A stretch of DNA of 62,456 nucleotides, counting the filler, from Choristocarpus tenellus KU-1152 (taxonomy: Eukaryota > Protista > Phaeophyceae), in assembly GCA_964200185.2 (NCBI GenBank). It is 7 parts of 7 records of this genome, joined end to end, with 100 filler letters (N's around TTAATTAATTAA, not from the genome) between each part and the next. Parts side by side here need not be neighbours in the genome. Positions count along the whole stretch, not along the records: positions 30,289 to 46,421 come from CAXNAD020000869.1; positions 46,522 to 51,361 come from CAXNAD020012847.1; positions 51,462 to 56,001 come from CAXNAD020014093.1; 4 more parts are not named here. One strand, given 5' to 3'. The position numbers and the translations under genes are program-made. Below are positions 42,501-51,752 of the stretch, piece by piece. Numbering within the stretch: the first letter of the stretch is position 1; every line of letters begins with the position of its first letter. The notes beneath the pieces are model-generated. The model was not told where the DNA came from, ran no database searches, and was given only the letters and a program-made list of their open reading frames with translations.

Positions 42501-45500
42501 GAGTTTCTCATCACAGGCGCAGTTCAAAGAGCGGTTCAGTCGGCAAAAAATTTCAGGTGTGTGTTTCCAGTGTAATAAGTGTAATGCTGATTATTGCAGT
42601 GTAATGGGTGTAATGCTTGTTCCAGTGTAATGAGTGTAATGCTGATTATTGCAGTGTAATGGGTGTAATGCTTGTTCCAGTGTAATGAGTGCAATGCTGA
42701 TTATTGCAGTGTAATGAGTGTAATGCTTGTTCCAGTGTAACAAGTGTAATGCTGATTATTGCATGCACAATTACAAAATCGTTTTTAGTATTGTAACATT
42801 TGTTGTAACTATGGTGAATGGTGTGTGGGTCTGTGAAATTTGAATGTGTTGTGGGTCTTTCATGTCTTGTGTTGAAAGAGTTGAACATTTGTTGCAGCTC
42901 CTTGCTATTATAACTGTTTTATATTGTTGTACTGTTGATGATTGTGTGAGGGGAATTCTTGTTGATTGATCCTGAGGGGTACAATTTAGGGTTGGGGTTG
43001 GGGATGTTGGCTTGTGGTCTAAATGCTGCTGCGTCACTAGGTGGTGTTTGTTTAGTTCTTCCTGTCGAGGTTTGGTGTTTGTTTTCCAAGTTTTATTTAT
43101 ATTTATTGTTGAAAGTGAAGTACTGTTAGTGTACACTATTTTGTATTGAAATTTATGTGCACTGTTTTATTCCACTTGAGGTTCACGTATATGATTACAT
43201 TACCAGTATACTCGGAATTGAGGTTCACGTATATGATTACATTACCAGTATACTCGGAATTGAAGTACTGACTACAAGGATTCGTACTGTCTGCTGAAAT
43301 GTTGAAATCATTTTGTATTGAAATTTAGTTATTTTACTATGCCAAATGTGACTGTCACTAGCTATTTTTTGTCATCTATTCACATTTTCGTTCTTTTCCT
43401 TCTGTGGGGTCTGGCAGCAAAACAGTAGACGAGATTAGGAATGATATACGTATTGGAAAGGTACACCTCAATAAGGAAGAGGAGGCAGCTATGCGTGGGA
43501 GTACAAGTAATGCATCTGCTCTCAAGAGGGCAAAGGATAAGGTTGCTGCCCTCAATATAGACCTGGCCAAGAAGCAGGGCAAGTGGTTGGGATCAAACAA
43601 GAATGATGAGGTGACTTGACACATTGTTATTTTCATAATTATTGTTATTATTATGTTATTATTTTTAATGCTGTATGATATTCCTTGTGTATACTGGATG
43701 TTAGGTAGTGTAGTTATAGGAGGGAGTGGGGGTGCATGCAGTAAGACAGTGGTACCTTGATGGAGGAGGGCGGTTGGAGTCGGAGGGTTTCTATATTTTA
43801 GAAGGCATGTGTGTGTGTGTGTTGTGGGGGAGTAGAATGTATTGAGAAGATTGGATGTGGAAGGAGGAAAAAAGGTTGAGTGATTTTGACCTTGGTATTA
43901 CGTCAAGTGAATCCCTCGTTTTCATTGGCAACTATAATATATACATTATGTATACACTATATATACACTACTTCATTTGATTTATTATTGCAACCACTTG
44001 TGTCAGTGGGTTACACAGGATTAAGGTTAGAGTTTATCATCATAATAGTTTCACACAGGCCTTACGTCCCACCCGCCCTCATCCCTATCATCCCTTGGAA
44101 TTGGTTTGTGTGGTTGATTGTTTATGATTGTTTGTGGCAGTCTCTCCTCATGACGCGTCAGTTCTCCACTACATTGTTGGTTTTGCTGGATGCTCTATGC
44201 CGTGATGAGGCTGTTTCACGAGCCATGTGGAACGTGCACAGAACTTTCTTCTCTTCTGATGTTTGGATGCCGGAACAGTGAGTGAATGGGAAAAAAATAT
44301 TCTATGAGTATCGTAGGACACGATTTTTTTGTTTTTCTTTCAACAGTATGGTATAGTATGATACGGTACATGAGTTATTGTGAATTGTGTAGTGGATTGA
44401 GAGATTGAGATATTGATAAATTGATCGATTGATTCATAGATTGATGATGGTGTCTTGGTGTCTGCCTGCTTCACCCTCCAATCCCCACTCTTACTGCTAT
44501 TAGTAACAATTACTGTGATTACTGTGATTCCTAGGTAGAAGGGGACCGGATGGTATTTGTACTGTGATACCTCCTAGATATTGTGGAGAACATTTGTGGC
44601 TCTAGTTTATCTGGTACCAAGATTATTATATTGATGATTAATGATAGTAATATCAAGATTATTATATTGACCGTTAATGATAGTAATATCAAGATTATTA
44701 CATTGATGATTAATGATAGTAATATCAAGATTATTATATTAATGGTGATATTAATTTGTGTGTTCAGCTATTTGTGTTTTCATCTCTTTGTGATATACAA
44801 ATAACACTATGACATACAACTAACACTATTTTTTGAGTGTTAGTTGATTTTAAGGGTTGTACTCTCTCTATTGTGATTCCTTTTCATGCGATGGTAGTGT
44901 ATTATTGTTGCTCCCATTTTATTTTGTTTGGATTAGGGTTAGGGTTAGGGTTAGATTTCAGGAAGGAAATCCGTTGAATATGCCATAGAGGACTCCGAAT
45001 ATACAGGTACCTTAGTGTAAGTACTAGTTAGTTAATGAGGGATTCATGAGGGATTGTAAACTAGTTAATTAATGAGGGATTCATGAGGGATTGTGATCTA
45101 GTTAATTAAGGAGGGATTCATGAGGGATGGTGATCTAGTTAATTAATGAGGGATTCATGAGGGTCTGTGAAGTAGTTAATTAATGAGGGATTCATGAGGG
45201 GCTGTGAAGTACAACAGGTTTTGTTTTGTATATGTTGGTATGGCAAGACTTGATGTTCTCACCTTCAAGCCCCCCCTCCCCTTTAATTGGGATTGCTATT
45301 ATACTATTGTTGCTATACTCAAGGTAGATGTGTATTAATTAAATAATAAGAGATGTGTCTTTGTCTATTACTGTTATATTCTTTTGCTAACTGCTACACC
45401 TGCTGTTGGTTTTGTGATAATGCTATTGTCCTTCAGGGAGAAGTCAGGGGACAAGGCATTCAAGTACCTCGTAGCTGCCAGCAACAAACATCTCCTCTTC

Positions 45501-45511
45501 CTCCTCTCTGA
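32107..45511 (+). CDS. Callose synthase / 1,3-beta-glucan synthase (GT48, FKS1-like), internal part only
   Basis: Phase-compatible GT-AG exons 32107-32233, 34583-34686, 36027-36209, 36878-36949, 38088-38272, 39038-39157, 39540-39663, 41709-41798, 42465-42556, 43418-43610, 44141-44277, then tentatively 44962-45016 and 45437-45511. Hallmarks: RYILFW...K-ILFSYY, HNLG...LW....IYFLDMQIWF, RRVGEI, KFAHVWNEIVDTMREEDILSNKE, PEFL. Confidence 0.88.
33391..33694. mobile_element. Poly-G/C MITE family B (10-N gap inside)
   Basis: (TA)CCCAAAGTATCTGGGG ... CCCCAGATACTTTGAGCC; flanks TAT/TAT; internal TCCATTTGG and CCAAATGGAC. Confidence 0.7.
33711..33973 (-). mobile_element. MITE family A, reverse orientation, intronic
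   Basis: Reverse complement of the 17423-17684 element, inserted in an (ATT)n tract. Confidence 0.85.
34720..35126. repeat. 35-bp minisatellite, about 11-12 copies
   Basis: Unit GTGATAGTGTAGTTGAACTCTGTACAGTTGGAGAA, head to tail, no spacers. Confidence 0.95.
36503..36765. repeat. 42-bp minisatellite, about 6 copies
   Basis: Unit TAGTCATGTGATTGCATTAATTTTTTACTTGATTATTTTAAT. Confidence 0.92.
38455..38900. repeat. About 30-bp minisatellite grading into a 59-bp dimeric repeat
   Basis: ATTGATTGAAAGGGGTTGTGATTATT... then ATTGATTAGAATGGTCTTGATAATTGTTCATTGATTAAAAAGGGTTGTGATTTTTAGTC about x5. Confidence 0.9.
40048..41000. repeat. 36-bp minisatellite, about 25 copies
   Basis: Unit AGTACATACACATATTATGTTAAC(C/A)TATTT(T/G)TTAAT. 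Confidence 0.95.
41215..41360. repeat. 35-bp minisatellite, 4 copies, containing CCCTAA
   Basis: Unit CCTGATAGTAAGATAGCTCTAACCCTAACACTAA(T/C). Confidence 0.9.
42567..42762. repeat. Alternating 29/26-bp minisatellite
   Basis: CAGTGTAATGAGTGTAATGCTGATTATTG / CAGTGTAATGGGTGTAATGCTTGTTC. Confidence 0.88.
44619..44740. repeat. 36-bp minisatellite, about 3 copies
   Basis: Unit AAGATTATTATATTGATGATTAATGATAGTAATATC. Confidence 0.88.
45024..45210. repeat. 37-bp minisatellite, about 5 copies
   Basis: Unit CTAGTTAATTAATGAGGGATTCATGAGGGATTGTGAT. Confidence 0.88.
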
Positions 45512-46250
45512 GTGAGTGTATAGTATCAGTATCAATAGTAGTATCAGTAATAGTAGGAGTATCAGAGAGGTACCCAGGTTTTGGTCGTTTTGCATTTTAG
45601 AAAGTTTTACCATCTTTTGTAATTCCCTCCTATTTATATTTATATTTGTAATTATATGAATGAAGTGTTAAGTTTGATTTGATATGGTTTATTTGTCTAT
45701 TGTTTGAAAGATTTTGACAGAATAAAAAAAATATATCACACTTTTGAGAAAATAAATGGAATTTTTACTTATTTGTCAGCATCCTATTAGATATTATTTT
45801 TATTGTAGTATCATTTTTGGGTGATAATAATAGTATTACTATCATTGCCGTATTATGATGATTGAATTGTATTAGTATTATTATGATGGCAGTGTTATGA
45901 TTGGATGATACTAGTACCTGATATTTTAGTGTTTATTGGACACTTTCTTAAGTGAGGCTTACTCTAATGTAGGAGTGTTTAGATGGTATATTCTATTTAA
46001 TATATCTTAGTTTTAGTGTTTGCATTGGTGTTCTACTTAGGGTTAGGGTTAGTGGTCTCAGCCTATAGCCCTAACCCTTACTGTGCATTTTCTTCTTGTC
46101 AAATCAGTGGTACAATAGTTGGTACTGCATGGTACCACATTGCCGTGGTGTTGATAGCTGTCATTTGTACACTCTTGTCTTATTTGATGTTATTTGACAG
46201 GGCAGGTGTTCCAATCTGTGTAACTAGGTTTATATATTAGTACTTCATTC

Positions 46251-46421
46251 ATTTCAAGGTACTGGGGGGGGGTGGCGGCTGGCTGTCCATTTGGGGTTCA
46301 TTTTTCCATGTCGCCATTTTTGGGTGATTTGTTTGCATGGATAGTGCATGCGTTGGATGGGTATTGTAAGTGCACTTCTCCTCGTCAGGGCCCAAATGGA
46401 CACCCTAGTGTAGCCCCCCCC
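46251..46421 (-). mobile_element. Poly-G/C MITE family B, reverse orientation, cut by contig end
   Basis: Reverse complement of the 33391 and 50955 copies (GTCCATTTGG...CCCAAATGGACACCCTAGTGTAGCCCC). Confidence 0.7.
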
Positions 46422-46521
46422 NNNNNNNNNNNNNNNNNNNNNNNNNNNNNNNNNNNNNNNNNNNNTTAATTAATTAANNNNNNNNNNNNNNNNNNNNNNN
46501 NNNNNNNNNNNNNNNNNNNNN
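46422..46521. other. Artificial contig-joining spacer
   Basis: 44N-TTAATTAATTAA-44N. Confidence 0.97.
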
Positions 46522-46631
46522 CCCCCTCCCCCAGATACTTTGGGTCTCTAAGATACTTCAACTCTCTAATTTCAAATCAATCTAATATCAAATCAATTTA
46601 ATATCACATCAATCCAATATCCCATCGATCT

Positions 46632-46890
46632 GAGTGAAAGTATCTTAGAGGGTACGAAGTTTGCCCTGTTTGTCCGTTAGGGGCTTGGTATCTCACGTTT
46701 TTTTATGACATTTTTCCTACTTCAAAATGTTTCTGATTAAGAAAACTGTGTACGTTATGAAAAGGTGTATACAGGAACAAGGATATTGACACTTCCTAAC
46801 AAACACAACGTTCAAAAATACGTCGAAATCGCAGTATTGGATTTTGGCCCCCAAACGGACGCGGCTTTACCCTCTAAGATACTTCGACTC
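46632..46890 (-). mobile_element. MITE family A, reverse orientation
   Basis: Same TIRs; 3-bp TSD TCT; sits inside a 15-bp tandem repeat (TCTAATATCAAATCA). Confidence 0.85.
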
Positions 46891-49800
46891 TCTAATATCA
46901 AATCAATCTAATTTCAAATCAATATAATATCACATCACAAGTGAGTTGACGGAAGGTAGGAATCGCATCTTGAATATGTCGAAAGAAAAGGTGCTAGTAG
47001 ATTCCCCAGGAAGTTCTTGTGGGATGGTATAGGGGAAAGAGAGGAGACGGTATAAATAAAGTGTTGCATACAGTCAACTACATTGGCTGGCGTACTGCTG
47101 AAACTTCAACTAACAAGCCTTGTGTAATATGTAGTACTTACATTAATCTCTCACCTCAATAATATATTGCATCATACATAATAGATAGAGGGACACCGAA
47201 GAACTGTGGAACAGGCAAAATATATGGAGGAGGCTGGGAAGATGCCGGGTTCTGAGGGACTAAGTGCATACGATGCACAAAAGACCATTGCTTCCCTTGG
47301 AAGGTTTGACACTCAACATGGTTCAGTAAGCATCAGCCTCACCTATCTGAAATATACGGAATGCAAGTTGGCACTGAAACTTTGGTAAAGGGTAGTTTAA
47401 GAGATTCTGATGACTGGCATAATAGAGCTTCAATTCTGGGGGGAATCTTTGGTGCTGAACCAACAAGCCAGGACTCCATTGGGTGCACTAGAATAAATAG
47501 TCGAAGAAGGACCCACGAGCATTCAATATTTTGGCCTCAAATAAGGGCGTTTCAAGCCCGTTCTTGAAAAATTTGTCAGGAACATGGAACGAGATCCTGC
47601 CCAGAAAATAGAACTTTGTCCTTAAGAAAAAAAATACTACGGAAAAATTTTCTTCACAAATTTTTTTCCCTCTACCAACAGTCTACCACCCACAGTTCGA
47701 TCGCCCTTCCTTGTCCATGCATGCAGCTCACTAGATTTGACTCAGAGGACCGGAGAACTCATACTGGAAAGTATGCCAATGTTGCTGAAGCTCCAGAAAG
47801 AGATAGATGAAGGAGATGTGGACCCCAATGATACCAAAGACCAAGAGGACTTTCTCAAAAAGTAGGTCATTGTGTATCACTCATCACTTACACTATGACA
47901 TTTTTTTTCTTTTTCTCCCACCCACATAAGTTCCACTGACTGTTCTCCATATTTTTTTATCTAATGCTCTGCGGATTGTTCACAAGGGGCAATTGAATAT
48001 CCTTCGGCATGGTGTTCAAACCCAGGCGAATTTTTCAATCCCTTTGAACCTTCTTCCACTCAGAAGAATCAATGAACCCTTGATAAGCATCGCCATACTG
48101 CTGCTGTAGAATTTGCAAGTGACCGATGAGATGAGAATGTGCCGCAGATACATGCACATGGAGGATACTTCCTGCAATCTCCTCGAAAGTTGTCTAGAAT
48201 GCTTTCTGAATATGACTCACAATCCAGTGAACTTGGTAGTTGAGGGCAGATGTACAACATCCGCAACACTTGTGATCCACTAATCTCTTGTTGATAAGCA
48301 CATTACCATGTTGCATGCAATTGACTGACAGAAAAGGGCACCCTTGATACTTTTATGAGACAGTGTTACAAGATGTTCTCATCTCCTGTGCTCAGTTCTT
48401 CCTTTTTTCATCTCCTTCAACAAAAGTATACAGTTCATATGACTGACAACCTTTTTTTTCTTTTTTTTTCAGGTGGGACAAGTGGATTAGCATGGTGAGT
48501 GGACAGAGTCTCAAAGATATCAGCGCTGGCGCCACCGATGCATGGGATACACTCCAGAGACTCTGTGGTGGATGACTTGACAAATATGTCTTTTGCTACT
48601 TGACAAGGATACAAACATTTCAAAACTTGATCCAGAGGAGCTCTAAATTCCACCAAGGGTTGCCCAGAAGATTTTGTACAGCATCTGAGACATTCCCACA
48701 CACACTCAAGGACAACCGTTTAAGACAGCTGTGTAGTTGCTCCAGTCACTCGCAATATTCAAATTGAATTTACGAAAATGTGCAAAAAGACCTGCTTCGA
48801 TGAAGTTGCCTTGCAGCATATTTGTTTTCTTCTCTCAGCATGATTCCTTTGCTTTGGTAAAGGGGGTACACTCAGCAATTGCGACCAACAGGCAGCTGCA
48901 ATAGTAATTCTATGTTTTTACAAAATGGATGACATGCTCGCATTTACAGGGGTTACAAATATTCGTATTCACCCTCCCACTTCCTAACTTAAAACAATTT
49001 TTTTTGCACAGGGTCTTCAAGTGTTAGCCGAGCCTTCAGTATTTCAAGTAGAGCAATACCTCTACCTACAAGTAGCACAACCCTGAACACATCCATCGCC
49101 CTTTCACCATCTGCATAGCTGCCTGGAACATAAACAACTTTATACATTTTCACTAGATGGTATCTATCTTGTCGGATGCATTATTCGCGGGATTGGGCTG
49201 CATTATTTTTTTACGTCTCAGATTGAAGTCCGCCTTATACATGATCTCCCCACGTTTCGCTCCAGGATATGAAACCTCTGTTGGTGTCAAGTTATATTGT
49301 GGCTGCTTCGGTTTGTCTGGGAAGGATTGCTTGTTGTCAACTAATTCATGATGACATGGTCCCTGGGCACCTTAGTCTTATACCATCAACATGTGTGTAA
49401 TATCTTTAAGCTGGCCTTCGTCTCCTGTCACACATCAATTTCTTATGTCGGTATCTCTTGGAGAAAATCGATGTGGTAGATATTTTGTGGTGGAAGAACG
49501 TGCATCATAATTCAGATAAAGTTGAAAAATCAATTAATCATAATATCGAGTTAGTAACGTAGATATACATTATTTTTGTGTTGAATCTAGATACAGGTTG
49601 ATGTAGATCAGTGTTCTCTAAGAGTGCAATAATGAATCATGGACAAGTTAAAAAAAATTGGGGCTTCTAGTCATCAGTGGATAACCTAATTTGCTTCTAC
49701 CAATGGAGCCAAAGCAAACGAGACCTACTCAGGTATATCCTATTGGTATATTTAGTGTTTTTCAGTCTTTTGAAATTCATCCACATTTCTATGGATGGTT

Positions 49801-50954
49801 TTCTAAGTTTGACCTGAAAGCGCTTATTTCTCTGTTTTTTAAATGATTTCTGACACAATTCAAAACATATCTTACACAAATTCGTACCAAAAGTCGAATA
49901 TTACAAATATTTGTCAGCATGCTTCAAAGATAATTATGGTTGCCTCTGGTTTACATTGACTCAATGAAGGAAATTCTACCCAATGTGTGTGTGATGTTAC
50001 AATTTATAATATAGCAAATGACAAAATGTTCCACGTACACATGTACACTCATTAAAAACAATAGTTTCATTTGTTTTCTCCCTGACACGTATTCAAAATG
50101 TCAGAGGGGATAATAATATATATAGTATAAGGTCGGATACAGACATTATTATTGTTATGCCCTTTGACATTTTGTAGATAAATGTGTCAGGGGGGAAACA
50201 ATTGAACATTCATATCTACGAATATTAATGAGTTAAACCGAGAGGTAGGCAGAGTTGCATTTTAAGTAACATGGGGAAATGATTCCAATTTTTTTTCAAT
50301 TGCAGAAAGAGACGCTGAATTGTAGTGTCACCTTTTTTTGGAAAGGGGGAATATCAATATTTCGAACACTATTGTGCATCTATCTAAAGAAGAAATGAAA
50401 TAGAGTGTATTGCATACAGTAAGAAAGATGGCTCGGACTGTCAATGGGTCCAAATAGAAACCTGCCTACCTCTCAAGAGATTTGAGTCAATAGAAATCAT
50501 TGCACTATTGCTATTACTGTTCACATTGTTAGTCTGAGGGGGGTCTAGACCTCGCATGGTGGAAAGGTAGTCATACCAAAACAAGACACATAAAAATGTT
50601 TGAGAAAAAGCACAATACAGAAATGTATATATATAGAAACAAATAAAAAAATCTTTATGTAGAGAAAAGAGAGATTTATACAGGGAATAGAAAAGCCTCC
50701 CTAATCACTGAGTCACAATCAGGCCCCCATGATCGGGACCAAATCCAACAAGGAGGTGAACTAATACGATGCAGCGATCCAATTCTGGTGGCAAGATCAA
50801 ATCTCACATTGCTGACAAGATGGTGATCAACCTGGCATCATGCAAGAACGTAGCCAAGACGAATGTTCCCCATATTCTCCTGGTTGTCCAACTACGTTGG
50901 GGCACACTGAAGAAAGAACTTGTTGGTAAGTTGTAGGTCTCATCTCCGCAAAAT

Positions 50955-51001
50955 GGCTCAAAGTATCTGGGGGGGGGGGGGGGGGGGGGGGGGCGGGAGG
51001 T

Positions 51002-51042
<41 letters not shown>

Positions 51043-51262
51043 NNNNNNNNNNTAACTTTTCAATTACAGATCATTTTTTGGTTTGGTGGTTTGGGTGGTG
51101 GGTGGGCAGGGGATCTTCACCAAGGTGTCCATTTAGGTCCTAACCAGGAAATATATACTTACATTATCCATCTGACGCATGCAACCAAATCACCAAAAAA
51201 TTGGGACATGGAAAAATGGGCCCGAAATGGACTGCCGCCACACACCCCAGATACTTTGAACC
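50955..51262. mobile_element. Poly-G/C MITE family B (10-N gap inside)
   Basis: TIRs GGCTCAAAGTATCTGGGG / CCCCAGATACTTTGAACC; 3-bp TSD AAT. Confidence 0.8.
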
Positions 51263-51361
51263 AATCAACAAGGGGCGATCAACGTTGTATCTTGCATTCA
51301 TTGCAGTAAAATGCCCAAAACTGGTGTTGCGAAATACCCCCCACCCTCCCTCTCCCTCCAG

Positions 51362-51461
51362 NNNNNNNNNNNNNNNNNNNNNNNNNNNNNNNNNNNNNNN
51401 NNNNNTTAATTAATTAANNNNNNNNNNNNNNNNNNNNNNNNNNNNNNNNNNNNNNNNNNNN
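51362..51461. other. Artificial contig-joining spacer
   Basis: 44N-TTAATTAATTAA-44N. Confidence 0.97.
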
Positions 51462-51752
51462 GGGTTGGAGGGGTGTTGGGGGGGGGGGGGTCAGAGTTCG
51501 GTGATTCATGAATGTTCGTGATTTGGAGGTAATCTCGTCCGAAGGTGGTGCAAAAACGGCAACCTTATTGTGGCAAACGTTGAACACACTACGGATCCAA
51601 TACTTACCCGCAAGGCCCATAGTTTTCTACGTGACGTATTTGGGTGCCGCATTAGATAGGTTAGGACTCGGGAATAAAAAAAATGTTTATTCTGCGTGCC
51701 AAGAGCTTGACTCTGCCGTTCGTTCTTCACAAAATATGTAACTTAGTGCATT

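Noticed and set aside
46251-46546. One family B element apparently spanning the spacer, implying true adjacency of the two contigs
   Set aside because: Flanks do not form a TSD (TTC versus TCT), and the right end sits inside a family A TIR whose other part is absent on the left, so these are probably two different copies.
50827-51309. Poly-Pro and poly-Gly ORFs (also near 17053 and 33269)
   Set aside because: Translations of MITE G/C homopolymers and N gaps.
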